From: Alphaproteobacteria bacterium
GTDB taxonomy: Bacteria > Pseudomonadota > Alphaproteobacteria > SP197
Length of the DNA stretch: 64,000 nt
Reading direction: 5' to 3'
Assembly (NCBI GenBank): GCA_965228895.1
Contig: OZ245842.1
Coordinates: 3,104,001 to 3,168,000, forward strand
Shown piece by piece: positions 42,134-52,172 of this stretch. How positions within the stretch are numbered: position 1 is the stretch's first letter; the number at the start of each line of letters is the position of its first letter. The notes below the pieces were generated by a model. It had not been told where the DNA came from and ran no database searches. It was given only the letters and a program-made list of their open reading frames with translations. The translations under genes and the position numbers were made by a program.

Positions 42134-44035
42134 CTAGGCACCCTTCGCGTAGCCGAGCGGTTTCAGCGCGTCGGCGATTTCGCCCAGGATGGCCGGCTCG
42201 TCGATGGTCGGCGGAACCGGCACGTCCTCGCCGTCGGCGATCTGGCGCATGGTCTTTCTGAGGATCTTGCCCGAGCGGGTCTTGGGCAGGCGGTCGACCA
42301 CGGTCGCGGTCTTGAAGCTGGCGACAGGGCCGATCTCGTCGCGCACCATCTGGACGACCTCCTTCACGATGTCCGCGTCCGGCCGGTTGACGCCTGCCTT
42401 CAGCACCAGGAAGCCGACAGGCACGTGACCCTTCAGCTTGTCGGCGACGCCGACGACGGCGCATTCGGCGACATCCTGATGTTTGGACAGAACCTCCTCC
42501 ATGCCGCCCGTCGAGAGGCGATGGCCGGCGACGTTAATCAGGTCGTCGGTGCGGCTCATGATGTAGATGTAGCCGTCCTCGTCGATCATGCCGGCATCGC
42601 CGGTCTTGTAGTAGCCGGGGAAGTCGGCCATGTAGGCGTCGATCAGGCCCTGATCGTTGTTCCAGAGCGTCGGCAAACCGGACGGCGGCAGCGGCAGTTT
42701 GACGCAGATGGCACCGATCTCGCCGGTCGCGGCCTTGTGGCCGCCGTCGTCCAGGATGTCGATGGCATAGCCTGGCACCGGTTTGGTCGGCGAACCGTAC
42801 TTGACCGGGAAGCGGCCCAGGCCCAAGCAGTTGGCGGCCATCGCCCAGCCGGTTTCGGTCTGCCACCAGTGATCGATCACCGGGCGGTCCAGGATACGCT
42901 CGGCCCATTGGATGGTGTCGGGGTCGGCGCGCTCCCCGGCCAGGAACAGCGTCACGAACTTCGAGATATCGTACTGGCCGACAAACTTGCCGTCGGGATC
43001 GTCGCGCTTGATGGCCCGGAACGCTGTCGGCGCGGTGAAGAGCGCCTTGACGCCGTGCTGCGAAATGACGCGCCAGAACACACCGGCGTCCGGCGTGCCG
43101 ACCGGCTTGCCTTCGAACAGGATGGTCGCGCAGCCGTGCAGCAATGGCGCGTAGACGATGTAGCTGTGGCCGACGACCCAGCCGATGTCGGAGGCCGCCC
43201 ACCAGACGTCGCCGGGGTCGAGGTCGTAGACCGCCTTCATCGACCATTTCAGCGCCACCATGTGGCCGCCGTTGTCGCGCACCACGCCCTTCGGTTTGCC
43301 GGTGGTGCCGGAGGTATAGAGGATATAGAGCGGATCAGTCGCCTTGACCGGCACGCAGTCGGCAGGCTCAGCCTTGGCGATTTCATCGTCCCAATCGAGG
43401 TCGCGTCCGGGTTTGAGCTCTTCGTGCTGTTGCTCGCGCTGCAAGACAATGATCGTCTTCGGCTTATGCGCAGCAATCTCGAAGGCTTCGTTCAGGATCG
43501 GCATATAGGCGACAACACGGCCGGGCTCGATACCGCAGGTCGCGGACAGAACGAGTTTCGGTTCGGCATCGTCGAGGCGCTTGGCAACCTCGCTGGCGGC
43601 GAAGCCGCCAAAGACGACGGAGTGGACGGCACCAAGACGCGCGCAGGCCAACATGGCGATGACGGCCTGGGGAACGGCGGGCATATAGATGAGAACGCGG
43701 TCACCCTTCTCGACGCCGTTGGCCTTCAAGACACCGGCAAAACGCGACACCGCGTCTTTCAGCTCGGAGAAGGTCCAGGTCTTGACGACACCGGTGATCG
43801 GGCTGTCGTAGATGAGCGCGCGCTGATCGCCCCGCCCCGCTTCGACATGGCGGTCGACGGCGTTAAAACAGGTATTGGTCTCGGCGCCGTCGAACCAGCG
43901 GTAGAACGGCGGTTTGTCGTCGTCGAGCACGCGGTCCCACGGTTTGGTCCAGTCGATATCGGCGGCCAGCTCGCCCCAGAACCCCGCAGGATCCTCCAGC
44001 GAGCGGCGATAGGCTTCGTCATAGGCCCGCGTCAT
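42134..44035 (-). CDS. prpE: Propionyl-CoA synthetase (acetate/propionate-CoA ligase family)
   Basis: YILYTSGTTGKPKGVVRDNGG, GKPVGTPDAG, AGERADP, DHWWQTETG, LPKTRSGKILR. Confidence 0.88.
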   Translation of the reverse strand: MTRAYDEAYRRSLEDPAGFWGELAADIDWTKPWDRVLDDDKPPFYRWFDGAETNTCFNAVDRHVEAGRGDQRALIYDSPITGVVKTWTFSELKDAVSRFAGVLKANGVEKGDRVLIYMPAVPQAVIAMLACARLGAVHSVVFGGFAASEVAKRLDDAEPKLVLSATCGIEPGRVVAYMPILNEAFEIAAHKPKTIIVLQREQQHEELKPGRDLDWDDEIAKAEPADCVPVKATDPLYILYTSGTTGKPKGVVRDNGGHMVALKWSMKAVYDLDPGDVWWAASDIGWVVGHSYIVYAPLLHGCATILFEGKPVGTPDAGVFWRVISQHGVKALFTAPTAFRAIKRDDPDGKFVGQYDISKFVTLFLAGERADPDTIQWAERILDRPVIDHWWQTETGWAMAANCLGLGRFPVKYGSPTKPVPGYAIDILDDGGHKAATGEIGAICVKLPLPPSGLPTLWNNDQGLIDAYMADFPGYYKTGDAGMIDEDGYIYIMSRTDDLINVAGHRLSTGGMEEVLSKHQDVAECAVVGVADKLKGHVPVGFLVLKAGVNRPDADIVKEVVQMVRDEIGPVASFKTATVVDRLPKTRSGKILRKTMRQIADGEDVPVPPTIDEPAILGEIADALKPLGYAKGA

Positions 44036-44161
44036 GCTTGCCTCCCCGTTTTTCTATGATCGGGTATGCCACCCCCGGGCACATCGAATCAACAGTGGCG
44101 CCCGTTGCATTCCACCGGCTCGTCGGGCATCTAAGGAGAGGGTTCGGTATGGGAGGCCGCG

Positions 44162-45805
44162 ATGGCCAAAACCAGCATCTATGACGACCATTTGGGGCGC
44201 AACGCGGCCAATCACGTGCCGTTGACGCCACTTTCGATCCTGCCCCGGACCGCGGCGATCTATCCCGAACGCACGGCCTATATCCACGGCACCGTGAGGC
44301 GGAGCTACAAGGACTATGACGCGCGCTGCCGTCAGCTTGCTTCGGCCCTCACCCAGCGCGGCATCGGCAAGGGCGACACGGTCGCGATCATGGCCGCCAA
44401 CATCCCGGCTTTTCTGGAAGCCAGCTTTGGTGTGCCGGCGACCGGCGGCGTCTTGAACTCGCTGAACACACGGCTCGACGCGGCGGCCATCGCGTTCATC
44501 CTGGACCACGGCGAAGCCAAGGTGCTGCTCACCGATACGGCGTTTTCCGGTGTCATCAAGGAGGCGCTAGACCAAGCGAAGGCCAAACCTCTGGTGGTCG
44601 ATATCGCCGATCCGGAGAACGCGGCAGGCGGCGAGCGGTTGGGCGAAATCGAATACGAAGATTTCATCGCGACCGGCGATCCGGCGGGACCGTGGCGCAT
44701 GCCCGACGACGAATGGGACGCGATCACGTTGAACTATACATCGGGTACGACCGGCGACCCGAAGGGTGTCGTCTATCACCATCGCGGCGCCTATCTGCTG
44801 GCGATGGGCAATGTGCTGTCGTGGTCGCTACCGCCGGAGCCGGTCTATCTGTGGACGCTGCCGATGTTCCACTGCAACGGCTGGTGTTTCCCGTGGACAC
44901 TGCCGCTTGTTACCGGCACCAGCGTGTGCCTGCGCCAGGTCGCGGCCAAACCCATCTTCGATGCCATTGCCGATCATCAGGTGACGCACTTTTGTGGCGC
45001 GCCGATCGTGTTGAACATGCTGATCAACGCCAGACCGGAGGAACAGCGGACCTGGGACCACAAGGTCCAGGTGATGACCGCGGCAAGCGCACCGCCCGCC
45101 TCTGTCCTGGCGCACATGGACCAGATGGGTTTCGACGTCGCCCACGTCTATGGCCTGACCGAAACCTACGGTCCGGCGGCGGTCTGCGCCTGGCATGACG
45201 AATGGGACGCGCTGCCGATCGAAGAGAAGGCAGACCTGAAGGCGCGCCAGGGTGTCGCCTATCCGGTACTGGAGGCGCTCACCGTCGGTGACGCCGAAAC
45301 CTGTGAGCCTGTGCCGGCCGACGGCGAAACCATGGGCGAGGTGCTGTTCCGCGGCAATGTCGTGATGAAAGGGTATCTGAAGAACCCAAAGTCGACGGAC
45401 GCGGCCTTTGCCGGCGGCTGGTTTCATTCCGGCGATCTCGGCGTCATGCACCCCGACGGCTATATCCAGCTGAAGGACCGGGCCAAGGACATCATTATCT
45501 CCGGCGGTGAAAACATCTCGACCCTGGAAGTCGAAAGCGTGCTCTACCGCCACCCCCAGGTGTTGGAGGCCGCGGTTGTCGCGCGGCCCGACGACAAGTG
45601 GGGTGAGACGCCGTGCGCCTTCGTCACGCTCAAGGACGGTCAGAAGGCAAGCGAGGAGGAGATAATCGCGTTCTGCCGCGATAACATGGCGCACTTCAAA
45701 GCGCCCAAGACCGTGGTGTTCGGCGATCTGCCCAAGACGTCGACCGGCAAGGTGCAGAAGTATGTGTTGCGCGATCAGGCGACCGCATTGAACCAGCAGG
45801 AATAG
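44162..45805 (+). CDS. Acyl-CoA synthetase (DmdB-like medium-chain ligase)
   Basis: ANHVPLTPLS, LNYTSGTTGDPKGVV, LPMFHCNGWCFPW, YGLTETYGP, LPKTSTGKVQK. Confidence 0.9.
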   Translation: MAKTSIYDDHLGRNAANHVPLTPLSILPRTAAIYPERTAYIHGTVRRSYKDYDARCRQLASALTQRGIGKGDTVAIMAANIPAFLEASFGVPATGGVLNSLNTRLDAAAIAFILDHGEAKVLLTDTAFSGVIKEALDQAKAKPLVVDIADPENAAGGERLGEIEYEDFIATGDPAGPWRMPDDEWDAITLNYTSGTTGDPKGVVYHHRGAYLLAMGNVLSWSLPPEPVYLWTLPMFHCNGWCFPWTLPLVTGTSVCLRQVAAKPIFDAIADHQVTHFCGAPIVLNMLINARPEEQRTWDHKVQVMTAASAPPASVLAHMDQMGFDVAHVYGLTETYGPAAVCAWHDEWDALPIEEKADLKARQGVAYPVLEALTVGDAETCEPVPADGETMGEVLFRGNVVMKGYLKNPKSTDAAFAGGWFHSGDLGVMHPDGYIQLKDRAKDIIISGGENISTLEVESVLYRHPQVLEAAVVARPDDKWGETPCAFVTLKDGQKASEEEIIAFCRDNMAHFKAPKTVVFGDLPKTSTGKVQKYVLRDQATALNQQE

Positions 45806-45810
45806 AACGG

Positions 45811-47274
45811 ATGCCCGAGAAACAAGCGCTTCTTTCCGCCGTCGGCGGCCTGGCCGGCGCGCAGGTCATGTGCATCGGCGATCTTATGCTGGACCGGTTC
45901 GTCTACGGCGAAGTCGACCGCGTGTCGCCGGAGGCGCCGATCCCGGTGTTCCTGGTCGGCAGCGACGAAAGCATGCTGGGCGGCGCCGGCAATGTGGTGC
46001 GCAATCTGGTCGCGCTTGGCCTTGAGGCCTGCCTGGTCGCGGTTGTCGGCGATGACCCGACCGGCCACGACCTGGTCGAGATGGTCGGCGAAGAAACGCA
46101 GATCGAGCCTTACCTTTTGGTCGAACGCGCGCGCCGCTCGACGACCAAGGTGCGCTATGTCGCCGGCGGCCAGCAGATGTTGCGCGCCGACCGCGAGACC
46201 GACCGGCCGATCGAGGCGACGACGCGCGCACGCATCATCGATGTTGTCGCGACCGGCCTGGACGGTATCGGTGCATTGATCCTGTCGGATTACGCCAAGG
46301 GCGTGCTGGCGGGCGATCTGCTGGAGACCATTATCGGCCACGCGCGTGACGCCGGCGTTCCCGTCGTCGTCGACCCCAAGGGCGGCGACTTTTCGATCTA
46401 CAAGGGCGCGACGGTCCTAACGCCGAACCGCAAGGAACTGACCCAGGCGACGCGCATGCTGGCCGAGACCGACGACGAAATCGTCGCCGCCGCCCGGCGC
46501 GCGATCGAGGAATGCGGTGTCGACGCAATCCTGGCAACACGCGGCGCCGACGGTCTTTCGCTGATCGCCGCCGACGGCACGGTCGTGCACATGCCCGCCG
46601 AGGCGCGCGAAGTCTACGATGTCTCCGGTGCCGGCGACACGGTGGTCGCGACCGTCGCCGCGGCGCTGGCGCGCCAGATGGACCTGTCGGCGGCGGCCCG
46701 GCTGGCCAACATCGCCGGCGGCATCGTCGTCGGCAAGATCGGCACCGCCGTGGTGCATCGCGAGGATCTGGAGCGGGTGTTGCGGGCGGAATCCCTGCAC
46801 GCCAACGAAGACAAGATCATCTCTGCCGATGCCGCCGCCGATCAGGTGAAGCGTTGGCGCGCCAAGGGAGAGAAGATCGGCTTCACCAACGGCTGCTTCG
46901 ACCTGCTGCATCCCGGCCACGTTTCGCTGATGCGCCAGGCAAAGGCGCGTTGCGACCGGCTAATCGTCGGGCTGAACAGCGATGCGTCGGTCGGACGGCT
47001 TAAAGGAGCCGACCGACCGGTCCAGAACGAGTCTGCCAGAGCCCAGGTGATCGCGTCGCTCGGCGACGTCGATGCGGTCGTGATCTACGAAGAGGATACG
47101 CCGCTTGCTCTGCTGGAACTGCTAAGGCCGGATGTGCTGATCAAGGGCGCCGACTACACCGAAGATCAGGTCGTCGGCGCGACTGAGGTCAGATCGTGGG
47201 GCGGCGATGTCTATTTAGCTGAGTTGGTGGATGGCCAGAGCACGTCGACGACAATCTCGCGCCTGACGGCCTGA
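45811..47274 (+). CDS. hldE: Bifunctional heptose-7-phosphate kinase / heptose-1-phosphate adenylyltransferase
   Basis: SPEAPIPV, GGAGNV, LSDYAKG, DVSGAGDTV, FTNGCFDLLHPGH, GLNSDASV. Confidence 0.95.
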   Translation: MPEKQALLSAVGGLAGAQVMCIGDLMLDRFVYGEVDRVSPEAPIPVFLVGSDESMLGGAGNVVRNLVALGLEACLVAVVGDDPTGHDLVEMVGEETQIEPYLLVERARRSTTKVRYVAGGQQMLRADRETDRPIEATTRARIIDVVATGLDGIGALILSDYAKGVLAGDLLETIIGHARDAGVPVVVDPKGGDFSIYKGATVLTPNRKELTQATRMLAETDDEIVAAARRAIEECGVDAILATRGADGLSLIAADGTVVHMPAEAREVYDVSGAGDTVVATVAAALARQMDLSAAARLANIAGGIVVGKIGTAVVHREDLERVLRAESLHANEDKIISADAAADQVKRWRAKGEKIGFTNGCFDLLHPGHVSLMRQAKARCDRLIVGLNSDASVGRLKGADRPVQNESARAQVIASLGDVDAVVIYEEDTPLALLELLRPDVLIKGADYTEDQVVGATEVRSWGGDVYLAELVDGQSTSTTISRLTA

Positions 47275-47372
47275 TCTAATGATGAATGAAAGCGTTGCCT
47301 GACCGCGCTTGATGGCAAGTCAGGCTTCTGTCTCCGGGGTCGGGCCGCCTCGTTCTCGGCCCGACCGGCAAC

Positions 47373-47403
47373 AAAAAACCCGGAGCGCTTATGCGATCCG
47401 GGT
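47373..47403 (-). terminator. Rho-independent terminator of the DUF465 gene
   Basis: ACCCGGA...TCCGGGT stem followed by a T run on the minus strand. Confidence 0.7.
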
Positions 47404-47413
47404 GTGCGAGAGG

Positions 47414-47584
47414 CTAGGAGAAGCCCTCCCTCTTGGACAGTTCTTCCTTGACCTTCAGTTTCTCCCTCTTCAGCTCGGTCAGGTGGACCTGGTCCGGGAG
47501 AGGACGGTTGATCTCTTCGTCGATCTGACGCTCGAGATCAGCGTGTACGGTCTCCAATTCCGCCATATCAACCATTTGGCCCAT
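47414..47584 (-). CDS. DUF465/YdcH-family small protein
   Basis: LETVHADLERQIDEEINRPLPD...LTELKREKLKVKEEL; RBS GGAGG. Confidence 0.85.
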   Translation of the reverse strand: MGQMVDMAELETVHADLERQIDEEINRPLPDQVHLTELKREKLKVKEELSKREGFS

Positions 47585-47714
47585 CGGCACCTCCAGATTA
47601 AGGTTGCTCACGCGCGGACCACTCGGTGCGCATCACGGCCTCTTCCAATCGGGATCCAAGCCGGATGCGCGCCGTCATGGTCCTAACGAAATAGTATAGC
47701 TTGGGACGGCGAGC

Positions 47715-48305
47715 ATGGCGACTCCACAAAGGCTGATCGTTGGAATCAGCGGCGCATCGGGCGTTGTCTATGGCATCCGTTTGCTTCAAGCGCTGCGCGA
47801 CCTCGCGATCGAGAGCCATCTCGTCATGTCGAAATCCGCAGAATTGACGGCTTCCTACGAGTCGCCCAAATCCGGGACTGAGATCCGCGCCCTCGCCGAT
47901 CATATCCACAAGGACGGCGACCTCGGCGCGCTGCCCTCCAGCGGCTCGTTCAAGACACTAGGTATGGTGGTTGCACCGTGCTCGATACGCAGTATGTCGG
48001 AAATCGCCACAGGCACCACGACGACGCTGCTGACCCGCGCGGCGGATGTCACGTTGAAGGAGAAGCGCCGGCTGGTCTTGATGGTGCGCGAGACGCCGCT
48101 GCATGCCGGCCACCTGCGCAACATGCTGGCGCTGGCCGAAATGGGCGCGGTCATCGCCCCGCCGGTGCCGGCCTTCTACACCAAACCTCAGACCATCGGC
48201 GATCTGGTCGACCATTCGGTCGGGCGCGTGCTCGATCTGTTCGATATCGACAACGACCTCGCCAAACGCTGGGACGAGATCCATCCCAAGGACGCCAAGT
48301 CCTAG
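47715..48305 (+). CDS. ubiX: Flavin prenyltransferase UbiX
   Basis: RLIVGISGASG, SSGS, APCS, RAADVTLKEKRRLVLMVRETP, PPVPAFY. Confidence 0.95.
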   Translation: MATPQRLIVGISGASGVVYGIRLLQALRDLAIESHLVMSKSAELTASYESPKSGTEIRALADHIHKDGDLGALPSSGSFKTLGMVVAPCSIRSMSEIATGTTTTLLTRAADVTLKEKRRLVLMVRETPLHAGHLRNMLALAEMGAVIAPPVPAFYTKPQTIGDLVDHSVGRVLDLFDIDNDLAKRWDEIHPKDAKS

Positions 48306-48829
48306 GACGTCGAGGCGCCCGCCCCGACCGGCACCAAAATCGGACAGTTCGTGCATGCGGCGCTGTCGCACAGACGGCAGGTCCTGAGTTTGTGCGTGTC
48401 ATCGCGCGATCCCGCGATCAGCAGTTTCTCAAGCAGTCTGCCTAGCGACCGTTGGTCGCCTGCCGAAAGACCGGAGACCAGAGGGACAAGCGTGGCTTCG
48501 CGTTCCTTCAAAATCTCCCGCCGGATCGCCTCCCCGGCTTTGGTCAGGTAGAGCGCGGCGACGCGTCTGTCGTGTGCCGCCGTACGCCGCTCGACCAGCT
48601 TATCGTCAATCAACCGGTCGATCAGGCGAACGGTCCCGGTGTGGGTCAGGCCGAGCAGACGGCTCAAGCCGTCGTTGGAGAGGCCGGGCTGATGGCCAAG
48701 GGCGCAAAGCGCCGCCGCCGACTCGCCACCGTGGCCCGAACTCTGTTCGACGGCCTGCTTCAGTTCGTCGTGCAGGCCAAGCACCGCCGCGCCAAGCAGG
48801 TTGGCGGTGCGCAAGGTTAGTTTGCTCAT
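48302..48829 (-). CDS. MarR-family regulator
   Basis: LSRLLGLTHTGTVRLIDRL, DRRVAALYLTKAG, C-terminal CRLCD...C..CP. Confidence 0.88.
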   Translation of the reverse strand: MSKLTLRTANLLGAAVLGLHDELKQAVEQSSGHGGESAAALCALGHQPGLSNDGLSRLLGLTHTGTVRLIDRLIDDKLVERRTAAHDRRVAALYLTKAGEAIRREILKEREATLVPLVSGLSAGDQRSLGRLLEKLLIAGSRDDTHKLRTCRLCDSAACTNCPILVPVGAGASTS

Positions 48830-48836
48830 GGAAAAA

Positions 48837-48897
48837 ATATGTGACTCACACACTTGAATGGCAAGGCCTCATCAATATATGTGAGTCGAACACATAT
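48837..48897. promoter_or_regulatory. Two putative MarR operators
   Basis: ATATGTG-N7-CACATAT (48877-48897) and ATATGTG-N7-CACTTGA (48837-48857). Confidence 0.65.
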
Positions 48898-49001
48898 TTT
48901 AGGGGGACCGGCCATGCGCGTTCAGCCCACCGTTTCCGATGCAACGCCGAGGCGGTCTCATCATCCTGCACCAGCCAACCTGCCTTCAGGGAGTTAAAGA
49001 C

Positions 49002-50054
49002 ATGATCACGACATCCCGACGCCGGGTTCTCGGTACACTCGCGAGCACGGCTGCCATCGCGCTGCCGTCGACAATGGCTTCACCATCCGTCGCGCGAGCC
49101 AGCAATCGCAACGCCGATAATCTGTCACCCGCGGTCGATCCGATGGAGACCTTCGCGGGGACCTGGCCGTTCCAAGCCCGCTACGACACCGCGTCCGGAT
49201 TCGCCATGCATTACATCGACGAGGGCCACGGCGACGACACCCTGCTCCTGCTGCATGGCGAACCGACCTGGGGTTATCTCTTCCGTCAGCAGATACCGTT
49301 GTGGGCGCGCCAGGCGCGCGTCATCGCGGTCGACCACATGGGCTTCGGCAAGAGCGCGACACCAGGCGACAGGACCTATTGGCTGCAGGACCATATCGAC
49401 AATCTCGAGCGTTTCGTGGTGTCACAAGACCTGCGCGACCTGACGCTTGTCATGCACGATTTCGGCGGTCCGGTCGGCATGGGACTGGCGATCCGCCACC
49501 CCGACCGGATCAAACGCATTGTGTCAATCAACGGCCCGACACCGCTCGGACAAACGGATCTGATCGACCGGCTCACGGCCAATGCCGCCATCGCGCCGTG
49601 GTTCCAGTGGATCTTGAAGGCAGAAGCCGACGGCACGCTGGAAAACGTGCTGGGCCAGCTCGATTACAACATCCTGTCGACCCTGAAACTTAACGGGTTC
49701 GAGCGTAACGAGATCATCACCGATACATGGCTTGCAGCCTATCGCGCGCCCTTCCCGACCCCTGCTCAAGCGGCAGGCGCGATCGGCTGGGCCAAGGGTT
49801 TTGCCACCGGCGCCCACGTTTTCGAAACGCCGGATGCAGCCGCCGCCGCAGAACTGGCGACAAAACCCGCGCTGGCACTTTGGGGCGAGGCCGACCGAAC
49901 CCTACACGCCGACCATTTCCTGCCGCTGTTCCGTCAGGCTTTTCCAGAAGGCCGCGTACACCGCCTTGCCGGCGCCGGGCACTACAGCCCCGAAGACGCG
50001 CCAGGCGATGTCGGCCGGCTTGTCGCCGATTTCATCGGCACCATACCGTCCTAA
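49002..50054 (+). CDS. Tat-signal alpha/beta hydrolase, haloalkane dehalogenase-like
   Basis: SRRRVL twin-Arg leader, MHYIDEG, HGEPTWGYLFR, HDFGG, WGEAD, GHYSPED. Confidence 0.85.
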   Translation: MITTSRRRVLGTLASTAAIALPSTMASPSVARASNRNADNLSPAVDPMETFAGTWPFQARYDTASGFAMHYIDEGHGDDTLLLLHGEPTWGYLFRQQIPLWARQARVIAVDHMGFGKSATPGDRTYWLQDHIDNLERFVVSQDLRDLTLVMHDFGGPVGMGLAIRHPDRIKRIVSINGPTPLGQTDLIDRLTANAAIAPWFQWILKAEADGTLENVLGQLDYNILSTLKLNGFERNEIITDTWLAAYRAPFPTPAQAAGAIGWAKGFATGAHVFETPDAAAAAELATKPALALWGEADRTLHADHFLPLFRQAFPEGRVHRLAGAGHYSPEDAPGDVGRLVADFIGTIPS

Positions 50055-50602
50055 CCCGTCAACGCGGCTTCCAATGCCGCTTCGGCGGCATCGGCACCGG
50101 CATCGGGGCAGCCGGCGGTAAGTAGAGCGAGCAAGGCATCGCGGTCTTCCTTGGCAAGCGGCGCGGGATTCAAGCCGGCGACGGCGGCAAGACCGGCGGC
50201 GGCTGTCGCGAGGTCACCGGACTCCTTGACGTCGTGGGCGGCCGGGGCCTTGGTCGCGGCAATCAGCATGATCTGTTCGATCTGCTCGGCTTCCAGTTCC
50301 AAGCCCAGGAGTTTCTTGCGCAACTCCTCGACCTCGTCGGCGGGCGCGTTCGGGATACCGCCCTTCAAATCACGCCGAAGCTGGCGGATCGGTTCGATGG
50401 CGGTGGCGCGCACCGGCGCCATGGTCTCGGTCAAGGCGGCGGCACCGGCGGCGTCCAGCGCTGGGCGGCCGGTCGCGGCGAGCCACAAAACATAGATCAG
50501 CAGGTTCACGTCGCTGCCACGCGCGTCCTGCAGATGGATGGCCGCGCCTTGAAAACCCTCGCGCGGATAGACTTTGAGTGAAAAATCCCAGAGTTCCGAC
50601 AT
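50051..50602 (-). CDS. TIGR02444 (DUF2390) family protein
   Basis: LWDFSLKVY...LQD..G.DVNLL...W, IEPIRQLRR, LELEAEQIEQ. Confidence 0.8.
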   Translation of the reverse strand: MSELWDFSLKVYPREGFQGAAIHLQDARGSDVNLLIYVLWLAATGRPALDAAGAAALTETMAPVRATAIEPIRQLRRDLKGGIPNAPADEVEELRKKLLGLELEAEQIEQIMLIAATKAPAAHDVKESGDLATAAAGLAAVAGLNPAPLAKEDRDALLALLTAGCPDAGADAAEAALEAALTG

Positions 50603-50657
50603 CGCGTGCCCCCCTTTCCTGACCGCATGGCAACGCAGGTCGGGCGCCAGCGGTGGG

Positions 50658-51395
50658 TCAGCGCGAACTGCGTTCTTCGTGCTTGTGCGTGTACATGGCC
50701 TTATCCGCCAAGGCCAGCGCCGAAGCCGCGTCATCGCGCGATGTCAGGGTGTGGACGCCGAAGGAAATGGAAACATAGATCGGGCCGCCGCCGACGATCA
50801 GCGGTTTGCCCTGTGCCATCACCGGCTGTTCGGCGATCAACTGGGCGAGCTCCGATACCTTCTTGAACGCCTGATCACTGTCGGCATGGGGCAGGATCAG
50901 GCCGAACTCGTCGCCGCCCAGACGTCCGACAAGATCCGAGCGGCGGAGGTTCTGAACCAGGGTGTTGGCGACATGAAGCAGCGCCAGATCGCCGGCCACG
51001 TGGCCATACTGGTCGTTGATCTCCTTCATCTGGTTCAAGTCCACGTAGACCACGCTGGACGCGATCTTGTGCCGGTAGGCATAGGCGATCGTGCGGTCGA
51101 GCTCGCGCATAAAGGCACGGCGGTTGGCAACCGGGGTCAGCGCGTCCTGGTCAGTCAGGCGCTCCAGATACTCGATGCGGGAACGGGTGTTGAACAGCTC
51201 CTGGCGCAGGCGTTCAACGTCCTCCAGCAGGCGGATAATGGTCGACCGCACATGGGGCGTCATCTGCTCGCGCGGAATGCCGATCGCCTTGACCAGATCG
51301 TCTGTCGCGTCCCCCGATGCGACAGGATCCCGGTCTTGTGCCGGCGCGCCTGTTCCAGTGCGGGACACAGGTATCCCGTCGTTTTTCTCGCTCAT
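50658..51395 (-). CDS. Diguanylate cyclase (GGDEF domain)
   Basis: DALTPVANRRAF, KEINDQYGHVAGD, RRSD I-site, RLGGDEF, ADKAMY. Confidence 0.92.
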   Translation of the reverse strand: MSEKNDGIPVSRTGTGAPAQDRDPVASGDATDDLVKAIGIPREQMTPHVRSTIIRLLEDVERLRQELFNTRSRIEYLERLTDQDALTPVANRRAFMRELDRTIAYAYRHKIASSVVYVDLNQMKEINDQYGHVAGDLALLHVANTLVQNLRRSDLVGRLGGDEFGLILPHADSDQAFKKVSELAQLIAEQPVMAQGKPLIVGGGPIYVSISFGVHTLTSRDDAASALALADKAMYTHKHEERSSR

Positions 51396-51658
51396 GACAT
51401 CCTTTCCCCCCTCGTGATCCATTGCTGGACCTTATCCAAGGCCCCGGATGCGCGGGCTCTGGCAAATGGTTGTTCACACGCTCGCAGTCAGGTGTCGCGG
51501 TCCGATCATGGTTTCGGCCTCGACTTGTTTCACCTGTGTGATGCAGCAAACGTGCCAGCATACGGATCCCTCTCCAAATTTCCTGACAGAGGCGATACAG
51601 AGCTTGAGGTTACCCCCCTAAGACACCAGAATGGCCGCCTTTTTTAGGAAGCTGGGAA

Positions 51659-52165
51659 ATGAGCGCCATGGCGAGCGAGGGTCCTCGCGTCGGGATTATC
51701 ATGGGCAGCCAGTCGGACTGGGAGACCATGCGCCACGCGGCGGAAACGCTGGCGGAGCTTGGTGTGGCCTCAGAAACCAAGATCATGTCGGCCCACCGTA
51801 CGCCCGACCGCATGTTCGCCTATGCCGAAGCCGCCAAGGGCCGCGGGCTTCAGGTCATCATCGCCGGCGCCGGGGGCGCCGCCCACCTGCCCGGCATGAC
51901 GGCAGCCAAGACGCCGCTGCCGGTGCTCGGCGTACCCGTCGAAAGCAAGGCGCTGAGCGGGATGGACAGCCTGCTCTCCATCGCCCAGATGCCCGGTGGC
52001 ATCCCGGTCGGCACGCTCGCGATCGGCCGTGCCGGCGCGGTGAACGCAGCGCTTCTGGCAGCCGCCATCGTTGCCCTGCAGGACGAGACGATCGCCGCTG
52101 CCCTGGATGCCTGGCGGGCCAATCAAACCGCGAACGTGGCCGACGCGCCCAGCGATAAGACTTGA
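51659..52165 (+). CDS. purE: N5-carboxyaminoimidazole ribonucleotide mutase
   Basis: [44 protein letters not shown]. Confidence 0.98.
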   Translation: MSAMASEGPRVGIIMGSQSDWETMRHAAETLAELGVASETKIMSAHRTPDRMFAYAEAAKGRGLQVIIAGAGGAAHLPGMTAAKTPLPVLGVPVESKALSGMDSLLSIAQMPGGIPVGTLAIGRAGAVNAALLAAAIVALQDETIAAALDAWRANQTANVADAPSDKT

Positions 52166-52172
52166 CCGGAAC

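Noticed and set aside
51396-51658. Riboswitch or small gene upstream of purE
   Set aside because: No recognisable aptamer motif or credible ORF; treated as a divergent promoter
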